Shown here one piece after another: positions 1 through 8,560 of a stretch of 64,000 bases of DNA (its first letter is position 1; every line of letters begins with the position of its first letter). The DNA comes from Candidatus Rokuibacteriota bacterium (lineage in GTDB: Bacteria > Methylomirabilota > Methylomirabilia > Rokubacteriales > CSP1-6). The position numbers were made by a program, and so were the translations under genes. The notes below the pieces were generated by a model. The model was given only the letters and a program-made list of their open reading frames with translations. It had not been told where the DNA came from and did not search any database. The DNA is taken from positions 65,919 through 129,918 of the forward strand of contig QHSL01000062.1 in NCBI GenBank assembly GCA_003220435.1. Reading direction: 5' to 3'.

Positions 1-2
1 TT

Positions 3-785
3 CAGCTTCTCGACCGGCTGGGCCGCGGCGCCACGCCCACACGCGCCGGCGAGCTGATGCTCGGCTACGCCCGGCGCATGTTGACGCTGGCGCGCGAGGC
101 GCGACAGGCGCTCGACCAGTTCCAGGGCCGGATGAGCGGCCAGCTCGTCGTCGGCGGCTCGACGATTCCAGGGGAGTATCTGCTGCCCGGGCTGATCGGT
201 CAGTTCCGCGCGAAGTATCCGGACATCTCGATCTCGCTGCTGATCGGCTCGAGCCGCCAGGTCGCGATCTGGGTCGACGACGGCCGCGCCGAGGTCGGGG
301 TCGTTGGGGCGCGTCCGGGGCCGCGGACGCTGCTTGCGCGCGAGCTGATGGTGGACGAGCTCGTCGTGGTCGTGCCGGCTGATCACCCGTGGGCGGGACG
401 CAAGAGCGTGACCCTCGCGGACGTCAAGAGCGAGCCCCTGATCGTCAGGGAGCAAGGTTCCGGGTCGCGCGAGGCGCTCGAGAATGCCCTGAGCGAGGTG
501 AATGCCGACCTCTCGGCGTTCCGGGTCGTCAGCGAGATCGGCTCGACCCAGGCGATCAAGCAGGCGGTGCGCTCGGGCGTGGGGATCACGCTGATGTCGC
601 GGCGCGCGGTCGAGGACGAGTGCCGGGCGAGGCTCCTGTCATGCGTGCAGCTCAAGGACCTCACGGTGTCGCGATCGTTCTACCTGGTGATCCACCGCGA
701 GCGGAGCCGCTCACCGCTGGCGCAGGCGTTCGTGGAGTTCGTGGAATCCCAACTGCCCGAACGGGCGTCTCAAGGGCACCCATGA
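3..785 (+). CDS. LysR-family transcriptional regulator, CysL/selenium-metabolism-associated type (5' truncated by the window)
   Basis: Frame is open from nt 3 (QLLDRLGRGATPTRAGELML, the end of a LysR HTH region). Substrate-binding motifs STIPGEYLLP, REQGSGSR and IGSTQAIKQAV. Stop overlaps the selD ATG (ATGA). Confidence 0.9.
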   Translation, partial: QLLDRLGRGATPTRAGELMLGYARRMLTLAREARQALDQFQGRMSGQLVVGGSTIPGEYLLPGLIGQFRAKYPDISISLLIGSSRQVAIWVDDGRAEVGVVGARPGPRTLLARELMVDELVVVVPADHPWAGRKSVTLADVKSEPLIVREQGSGSREALENALSEVNADLSAFRVVSEIGSTQAIKQAVRSGVGITLMSRRAVEDECRARLLSCVQLKDLTVSRSFYLVIHRERSRSPLAQAFVEFVESQLPERASQGHP

Positions 786-1849
786 CCGAGCACACCCACA
801 CGGAGGTCCGGCTCACCTCGTACGCCGCCTGCGCCGGCTGAGCATCCAAGATGGCTCCTGGAGATCTCCAGGAGGTGCTGGAAGTGCTGAGGCCCGGCGG
901 TACGCCGCCGCCGAGCGACCTGCTGGTCGGGCTCGGCGCGGCCGACGACGCCGCCGTGTACCGGATCGGGTCCGACGTCGCGATCGTCGAGACCGTCGAC
1001 TTCTTCCCGCCGGTCGTCGACGACCCGTGGACGTGGGGCGCGGTGGCCGCCGCCAACGCGATGTCCGATGTCTACGCGATGGGCGGCGAGGTGATGTTCG
1101 CGCTCGCCATCGCCGGCTTCCCGCGCGAAATGGCGAAGACGATCATCGCGGCGGTGTTCCGGGGCGGCCGCGACAAGGTCGCCGAGGCGGGTGGCGTCAT
1201 CGCCGGTGGCCACACGGTCGTCGACGCCGAGCCGAAGTACGGGCTCTGCGTGACGGGCCGCGTCCACCCCGACCGAATCCTCATCAAAGGGGGTCTCAGA
1301 CCAGGCGACCGCCTCTTTCTCTCCAAGCCGCTGGGCACCGGTGTGATCACGACTGCTGGGAAGAACAGAAAGGCGAGCGACGAAGAACTCGCCGGGGCCG
1401 TCGCGAGCATGCTGCGGCTGAATCGGGTCGCCGCTGAGGTGGCGCGCGAGGTCGGCGCCCGAGGTGCCACCGACATCACGGGGTTCGGGCTGCTCGGCCA
1501 CGCAGGTGAGATGGTCAGGGCGTCACGCGCGGGACTCGCTATCGCCGCGTCCCGGCTGCCGCTCCTGCCGGGAGCTCGGAAGCTGGCCGACGCCGGCAAC
1601 TTCAGCGGCGGCATGAAGCGCAATCGGCGGTATGTGGATGCGGCGTTCGGATCCGCTCTCCAGATCGACCCCGGCGTGCCGGATGATCTCGCCTCGATGC
1701 TCACCGAGGCCGAGACGTCCGGCGGGCTGCTTTTCTCGGTCGCTTCGAGCCAGGCGGGAGCGGTCGGCGACGCCTTCCGCCGACGGGGCGAGGAGTGCTG
1801 GGAGATCGGCTCGGTCCTGACCGAGCCCGTGATCCGCGTCACGCCCTGA
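782..1849 (+). CDS. selD: Selenide, water dikinase (selenophosphate synthetase), selenoprotein with in-frame UGA at 839-841
   Basis: ATG 782 reads MTEHTHTEVRLTSYAACAG-[TGA]-ASKMAPGDL, in frame with ORF 851..1849. The TGA lies at the catalytic Cys/Sec position before the conserved Lys. SelD motifs DDAAVY, TVDFFPP, NAMSDVYAMGG, GGHT, TDITGFGLLGH, ETSGGLL. Confidence 0.95.
841..879 (+). promoter_or_regulatory. Putative bacterial SECIS hairpin
   Basis: Directly 3' of the UGA: perfect 20-nt palindrome ctcctggagatctccaggag (855-874) with a lower stem agcatc (841-846)/ggtgct (874-879). Confidence 0.75.
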
Positions 1850-1896
1850 CCGTCCCCGAGGCCGCTATCGGCTCGCCCGATGATGTGCCTGCCCAG

Positions 1897-1940
1897 AATC
1901 AAGTCTACCGATTTGCGTTCCCGCTGAATCGCTATACGCT
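1897..1940 (+). promoter_or_regulatory. Candidate LysR box (AATC-N9-GATT) adjoining a possible sigma70 promoter
   Basis: aatc-aagtctacc-gatt at 1897-1913 fits T-N11-A. TTGCGT (1913-1918) and TACGCT (1935-1940) follow with a 16-nt spacer. Confidence 0.4.
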
Positions 1941-1980
1941 CGAGTGCCATCAAACTCGCTCTCCTCGAGGGACGCTCACC

Positions 1981-3096
1981 ATGAATCGACGGTCATTCTT
2001 GAGGGTTGCCGCGGCAGCACCCGTGGTCGCCGCGACGTCTCACCTGCACCTGCTCGCGTCGCCGGCGCGGGCACAGCAAAAGGAGTTCGCGCCCCGCCTC
2101 GGCACGTGGCGGACGTTCGAGATCACGACCCGCGTGGAGGTTCTGGAGCCGGCCGGCGTGAGCCGCGTGTGGCTCCCGCTGCCTGCGGTGACGTCGGAGT
2201 ACCAGCGTCCGCTCGGAGACCGGTGGTCGGGCAATGCCAGAGTCATGAAGACGGCGAGCGACCCGCACTATGGCGCGGCCATGCTCTACGCGGAGTTCGC
2301 GGCCGGCGAGGCCGCCCCGGTGGTCGAGGTGACGAGCCGCTTCGAGGCCCAGGACCGCGCGTTCGACTGGTCGAAGAAGGTCGCCGCCCACGAGGACCCG
2401 GTTGCCCTCAAGATGTGGACGAAGGCCACCGACTTCATGCCGACCGACGGGATCGTCCGCGAGACCGCGCTCGAGATCACCCGAGGCAAGGCCACGGACC
2501 TCGAGAAAGTGCGCGCGGTCTACGACTGGATCCTGGCCAACACCTACCGGGAGCCCAAGGTGCGCGGCTGCGGCGTGGGCGACATCAAAGCGATGCTCGA
2601 GACGAAGAGCTTCGGAGGCAAGTGCGGCGACATCAACGGCCTCTTTGTGGGCCTGGTGAGATCCGTCGGCGTGCCCGCCCGTGACATCTACGGCATCCGC
2701 GTCGCGCCGTCGACGTTCGGCTACAAGTCGCTCGGCGCGGGCAGCGCGATCATCTCCAGGGCTCAGCATTGCCGGGCCGAGGTGTTCCTGACGGACTACG
2801 GTTGGGTGGCCATGGACCCCGCGGACGTCACCAAGGTGGCCCGCGAGGAGACGAGCGAGTGGCTGAAGATCGACCATCCGCTCGTCGAAGCGGTCCGGCC
2901 CAAGCTCTTCGGCGGGTGGGAGGGCAACTGGCTCGCTTACAACACCGCCCACGACGTGGCGCTTCCGAACGCCACGCAGGGTGGTCGGCTCGCGTTCTTC
3001 ATGTACCCGCAGTCCGAGACGTCGCAGGGACGCCGCGACAGCCTCGATCCGGACACCTTCAAGTACACGATCACGTCGCGCGAGATCAAAGCATAG
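1981..3096 (+). CDS. Tat-exported transglutaminase-like (Cys-His-Asp triad) protein
   Basis: Twin-arginine signal MNRRSFLRVAAAAP...ARA-Q. Triad motifs GGKCGDINGLF, QHCRAEVF, GWVAMDPAD. gaggg RBS before ATG 1981. Confidence 0.88.
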   Translation: MNRRSFLRVAAAAPVVAATSHLHLLASPARAQQKEFAPRLGTWRTFEITTRVEVLEPAGVSRVWLPLPAVTSEYQRPLGDRWSGNARVMKTASDPHYGAAMLYAEFAAGEAAPVVEVTSRFEAQDRAFDWSKKVAAHEDPVALKMWTKATDFMPTDGIVRETALEITRGKATDLEKVRAVYDWILANTYREPKVRGCGVGDIKAMLETKSFGGKCGDINGLFVGLVRSVGVPARDIYGIRVAPSTFGYKSLGAGSAIISRAQHCRAEVFLTDYGWVAMDPADVTKVAREETSEWLKIDHPLVEAVRPKLFGGWEGNWLAYNTAHDVALPNATQGGRLAFFMYPQSETSQGRRDSLDPDTFKYTITSREIKA

Positions 3097-3602
3097 GCCT
3101 CCCGGCGCTCGCCGGGATCGCGGCGGCGCTGCTGCTCGTCGCGAGCGGAGCGCGCGGCGATCCCTCGCGATTCCTGCCGTGGACGGAGTCGTCCACGCCG
3201 GCGCTCAGCCTGAGCGACATCGCCGGACGACCACACGCGGTCGCGGACTATCGCGGCAGCGTCGTGCTCGTGAACTTCTGGGCGACCTGGTGCGAGCCCT
3301 GCCGCGAAGAGATGGTCTCGATGCGAAAGCTTCAGGAGCGGCTGGCCGGTCGCCCGTTTGTGACGTTGCTCGTGAACTACGGCGAGTCGAGGTTGCGGGT
3401 GAGCGAGTTCGTGAAGCGAGAGTCCGTTGGCTTCCGGATACTGCTCGACCCGAATCAGGACGCTTCGCGGGCGTGGCGGGTCCGGGTGCTGCCGTCGAGC
3501 TTTCTGATCGACGGCGAGGGACGCGTGCGCTACAGCGTCATCGGCGAGCTCGACTGGGCGGGCGCCGACGCCGTGAGCATGGTTCAGGACCTCCTGCGCT
3601 GA
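3093..3602 (+). CDS. TlpA/ResA-family thiol-disulfide oxidoreductase (start uncertain, possibly ATA)
   Basis: VLVNFWATWCEPCREEM CxxC motif, VLPSSFLID cis-Pro region, hydrophobic N-terminal signal/anchor IGLPALAGIAAALLLVASGARG. Confidence 0.85.
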   Translation: MGLPALAGIAAALLLVASGARGDPSRFLPWTESSTPALSLSDIAGRPHAVADYRGSVVLVNFWATWCEPCREEMVSMRKLQERLAGRPFVTLLVNYGESRLRVSEFVKRESVGFRILLDPNQDASRAWRVRVLPSSFLIDGEGRVRYSVIGELDWAGADAVSMVQDLLR

Positions 3603-3641
3603 TCCCCGTCGAATCGAGCGGCCCGCGCTCGCGCCGGGACG

Positions 3642-3920
3642 CTACGCGATGGGCCGCTGGGAGTCGCGCTGGCTGCGAAGAACTGCCAGGAGACGCTGCT
3701 TCAGCTCTGCGGGAACTTCGATTTCTCTCAGCTTGGTCGCGGCGTTGATGGTGCCGCGGTAGGTCTTCACGAACGCGACGCACGGCGGACACCCCTCGAT
3801 GTGCCACTCCAGAAGCTCGCGGGTCGACTTCGGGAGCGTCCCATCCAGATAGTCGCCGAGAAGGTCGGCAATCTGCCGACACTCGATGGTCGTGGGGTCA
3901 GGGGTGTCGGGGTCTGACAT
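3642..3920 (-). CDS. Small zf-HC2 (anti-sigma-type zinc finger) protein
   Basis: CRQIADLLGDYLDG...WHIEGCPPC matches the HxxxCxxC zinc anti-sigma motif. Confidence 0.8.
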   Translation of the reverse strand: MSDPDTPDPTTIECRQIADLLGDYLDGTLPKSTRELLEWHIEGCPPCVAFVKTYRGTINAATKLREIEVPAELKQRLLAVLRSQRDSQRPIA

Positions 3921-3989
3921 CGGCGTCCATTATATGTAGACGGTCCACCTCGTGCGAGGGATTCCGTCGGAAATGTTATCCTCGCGTCG

Positions 3990-5033
3990 GTGGCCTCCCG
4001 GGTCGGAGTCCTCACACCGTTCGCCTACCCATCGGTCCGCGGCAACGCCGTGACGGTCGCGCGGATCGCCGCAGGGCTGGCTGAGCGTGGTGTCGCCCTC
4101 CGTGTTTGGGATCTCTCGGTGCGGGAGGAGTCGGCGATCGTCACCGAGGTCGAGGCGTACCGCCCCGCGCTGATCCACGCGTTCCACGCCCACCGCGCGG
4201 GCCCGCTGGCCCTCACGCTGGCCCGCCGGATGGAGATTCCTCTGGTCGTGACCTTCACGGGAACCGACGCCAACCACGACCTCTTCATTCCGGAGCGCGC
4301 CGCCGTGGTACGCCGCGTTCTCGAGGGCGCAGCACGCTTGACGGTGTTCCACGACTCCATCGGCGAGCGGGTCGCGTCGGCGCTGCCGGACCTTCGGGCC
4401 CGCCTCGTCGTCGTTCCGCAGTCGGTCGGCCCGTCGGCCGCGGAGCCGTTCGACCTTCAAGCCCGCTGGTCGCTCCCGCCGGGGGTAGTGTCGTTCGTGT
4501 TTCCAGCCGGTATCCGGGCCGTGAAGAATCCATTGCTTCCTCTTGGGCCGCTGGGGAGGCTGATCGTCCACTTTCCGGAAATTCGCCTGATTTACGTCGG
4601 CCCCGTGCTCGATCCGGAGTTGGGCGAGGCCCTGCTGCGTCGATTGTCGCCGTTGCGGTGGGCCCGTCACATCGGTGCGCTTCCCCATGCCCAGATGGCC
4701 TCGCTGCTATCGCAAGCCGACGTGGTGTTGAACTGCTCGGTGTCCGAAGGCGGCATGGCGAACTCGGTGCTCGAAGCCCTCATGGCGGGTCGGGCCGTTC
4801 TGGCGTCGGACATCGAGGGCAACCGCTCGCTCGTCGATGACGGCGCGACCGGCCTCCTGTTCCGTGACGAAGCCGAGTTCGAGCTGCGCGTTGCCCAGCT
4901 GGTGCGTGACCCAGACCTGCGGGCTCGGCTCGGGAGGGCCGGCCAGTCCCTCGTCAAGCGTCAGTATCCGCTTTCTCGTGAGATCGACGGCTACCGCGAC
5001 GTCTACCGCGCGCTGATCCCGGTTCCGGCGTGA
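3990..5033 (+). CDS. GT-B family 4 glycosyltransferase, SenB/GLT1D1-like
   Basis: Motifs GNAVTVAR, FHAHRA, FTGTD, VVPQS, IRAVKNP, GALPHAQ, SVSEGGMANSVLEA, VLASDIEGN. Confidence 0.85.
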   Translation: MASRVGVLTPFAYPSVRGNAVTVARIAAGLAERGVALRVWDLSVREESAIVTEVEAYRPALIHAFHAHRAGPLALTLARRMEIPLVVTFTGTDANHDLFIPERAAVVRRVLEGAARLTVFHDSIGERVASALPDLRARLVVVPQSVGPSAAEPFDLQARWSLPPGVVSFVFPAGIRAVKNPLLPLGPLGRLIVHFPEIRLIYVGPVLDPELGEALLRRLSPLRWARHIGALPHAQMASLLSQADVVLNCSVSEGGMANSVLEALMAGRAVLASDIEGNRSLVDDGATGLLFRDEAEFELRVAQLVRDPDLRARLGRAGQSLVKRQYPLSREIDGYRDVYRALIPVPA

Positions 5034-5185
5034 CCGGGAGGCCGCCCGTCAGGGGGCTTGTTTGCCGACCGGCTTGCCCCCTCCATCGAGTAGTATGAAA
5101 GCCAAGTGTGTGAGTCCAAAGGCCGCACGGAAGCGGCTTGACGGCTCTTTATAATGGCAGAGAAGATTCGCGAGAGGAGACCTCG

Positions 5186-6202
<1,017 letters not shown>

Positions 6203-6217
6203 CCGCGGGAGGATCTG

Positions 6218-7666
6218 ATGGAGCAGCGCGTCGGGATGGATGATCTCCTGGGGCGGATCCGCCGCGAGATTCGGCGGCGGCGCGGGGAATACTACGGTCT
6301 GCGCGGCGCCTTCTGGGGCGCCGTGGCCGGCTTCGCGGTCCTCCTCGCCAAGCAGGGCGTCGGTGGCACGGCGCCCTGGGTCGCCGGTAGCCTCGTCGTC
6401 ATCGGAGCGCTCGCGGGCGTCGTGTACGGCGTCGCCCGTCGCGTCGGCCGGCTCGATACGGCCCGGGTCGCTGACCGTGCCTTTGGGCTCCACGACCGGG
6501 TCGCGACGACGCTCGAGTGGGGCGAGCGAGCCGACCGCACCTCGCTGGTCGACGCCCTGGTCGCCGACACGCTGGCGCGCGTGCAAGCCCTCCAGATAAA
6601 GGGAGTGGTCAGGCACGTGCTGCCCCGCGAAGGGCGCTTCCTGCCGCTGCCGGTGGTGGCGTGCCTGGTGCTCGCACTGATGCCGCCGATCCCGCTCCCC
6701 TCCGGGCGCCTTCCCGACATGCTCGCTCCGGGCGAGGAGGAGCGCGAGGACCGGACCCGGTCGACGATGCTCGAGGAGACGACCCGCCCGCTTGCCAAGG
6801 ACGCGCAGAAGCGTGCCTCGTTCGAGGAGCGGGACTTCGCGCAGCGCGCGGGTGGAGGCGGCGCCACCACCGCCGGCGACCTCTCGGCGATCTTCAAGGA
6901 CACGTCGCTCGCCAATCAGCGTCCAGACTTCAACAGCTTTCTGAAGAAAGGCGACGAACGCCTCAAGATGCTGGAGCAGATGGACCGGCTCCCCGACCTC
7001 CAGTCCGATTTCACCAACAGCCAGTACAAGATGGTGTTCCGGAAGTCCAAGTCGCTGACGGGCGGCCTCCGCCCGAACCAGATATCGCCCCAGAAGCTGC
7101 GCGAGCTGCTCGAAGAGATGGAGCGCCTGGGCCGCAAGGGGGGCAACTGGGGCAACGATGCGATGGAGGGCATGGAGGCGCTCGAAGGGGGGCAAACCGA
7201 TCGCGCCCTCGAGGCCATGCAGAAGGCGCTCGACAAGATGCGGGCGATGGACGACGCCGAGCGCTCGGGCAAGGGGCTGCGGGGCGGCCGGGAGAACGAG
7301 CGGGGTTCGCGCGGCCGCGAGCGGGGTCGTGGCGACGGGATGGGCGGTGACGAGCAGGACTTCGGCGAAGGCGAGGGGCTCCTGCCCGGCCGCGGGCGGA
7401 GCGGATCTCCGAAGGGCGAGGCGACGCAACGGCTGCGGGCCAGCCCTTACGACGTCGGCGTCGAGGGGGAGTCTCGACGCGGCCGGAAGGAAGGGTTTGA
7501 CACCAACCTGACCGGGCGCGCCGGCAGCATGGCGTCCCGGCTCCAGTACCTCGGCGTCATCGGGCAGTACCGCAAGATGATGGAGGACGCGATCACGCGG
7601 GAGCAGGTGCCCCGCGACTATCACGACCAGATCCGGAACTACTTCCAGGCGCTGGACGAGCGCTAA
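6218..7666 (+). CDS. MoxR-associated membrane protein with coiled-coil and Gly-rich C-terminus
   Basis: N-terminal TM helices, GLHDRVATTLE motif, charged helical region, C-terminal EQVPRDYHDQIRNYF typical of MoxR-operon membrane proteins. Confidence 0.7.
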   Translation: MEQRVGMDDLLGRIRREIRRRRGEYYGLRGAFWGAVAGFAVLLAKQGVGGTAPWVAGSLVVIGALAGVVYGVARRVGRLDTARVADRAFGLHDRVATTLEWGERADRTSLVDALVADTLARVQALQIKGVVRHVLPREGRFLPLPVVACLVLALMPPIPLPSGRLPDMLAPGEEEREDRTRSTMLEETTRPLAKDAQKRASFEERDFAQRAGGGGATTAGDLSAIFKDTSLANQRPDFNSFLKKGDERLKMLEQMDRLPDLQSDFTNSQYKMVFRKSKSLTGGLRPNQISPQKLRELLEEMERLGRKGGNWGNDAMEGMEALEGGQTDRALEAMQKALDKMRAMDDAERSGKGLRGGRENERGSRGRERGRGDGMGGDEQDFGEGEGLLPGRGRSGSPKGEATQRLRASPYDVGVEGESRRGRKEGFDTNLTGRAGSMASRLQYLGVIGQYRKMMEDAITREQVPRDYHDQIRNYFQALDER

Positions 7667-7675
7667 GGGAGACCG

Positions 7676-8560
7676 ATGGCGACCCGCCACGCGTTCTTCA
7701 CCTCCGAGTTCCTGGCGCAGCTCGAGCGTCTGTCGCTGCTCTCGCGTCGGATCTTCCGGGGGCGCGTGAAGGGTGAGCGCCGGAGCCTGCGCCGCGGACA
7801 CAGCGTCGAGTTCTGCGACTACCGCGCCTACGGGGTCGGCGACGACCTCCGCTACGTCGACTGGAACATCTACGGGCGGCTCGATCGCTTGCACGTCAAG
7901 CTCTTCGTTGACGAAGAAGACCTCTGCCTGCACCTGATCGTCGACGCGTCCGCCTCGATGGATTTCGGCACGCCGACCAAGCTCGACTGCGCGGTGCGCC
8001 TGGCGGCGGCCCTCGGGTTCGTGGGGCTCATGAATCTGGAGCGGGTGGGCGTGGGCGTGCTCCGCGAGCGGGTGGCCGAAGGGTGGCCGCCGACGCGGGG
8101 CCGGCATCAGGTGGGTGCGCTGGTGAATTTCCTGGGCGCGGTCGAGCCCGTCGGCGGCACCGGTCTCAACGAGGCGCTGGCGAGCTACGCGACACGCTCG
8201 CGGCAGCCGGGTCTGGCCGTGGTGATCTCGGACCTGCTGGACCCGGCCGGCTACGAGGCCGGCGTGCGCGCGCTGCTCGAGCGCCGCTTCGACGTCCACC
8301 TGGTCCACGTGCTGGCTCCGGAGGAGATGAGCCCGGAGATCAGTGGCGACCTGCGGCTGCTCGATCGCGAGACCGGCGAGGCGCGCGAGCTCTCGATGGA
8401 CGGCGAGGCCACGCGCGCGTACCGCGAGCGGCTCCGGCAGTTCCTGGAGCGCGCGGAGGCGTTCTGCCGGATGAAGGAGATCGGCTATCACCGGCTGACG
8501 TCCGATAGCTCGGTCGAGGACTTCGTTCTGTCGCAGCTGCGGGGCCGTGTGCTCGTATGA
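7676..8560 (+). CDS. DUF58 domain protein (MoxR partner)
   Basis: SVEFCDYRAYGVGDDLRYVDWNIYGR, DASASM, VVISDLL. Confidence 0.92.
   Translation: MATRHAFFTSEFLAQLERLSLLSRRIFRGRVKGERRSLRRGHSVEFCDYRAYGVGDDLRYVDWNIYGRLDRLHVKLFVDEEDLCLHLIVDASASMDFGTPTKLDCAVRLAAALGFVGLMNLERVGVGVLRERVAEGWPPTRGRHQVGALVNFLGAVEPVGGTGLNEALASYATRSRQPGLAVVISDLLDPAGYEAGVRALLERRFDVHLVHVLAPEEMSPEISGDLRLLDRETGEARELSMDGEATRAYRERLRQFLERAEAFCRMKEIGYHRLTSDSSVEDFVLSQLRGRVLV

Noticed and set aside
1928..1955. ATCGCTATA resembling a ModE half-site
   Set aside because: The second half-site is absent and no molybdenum genes are nearby.
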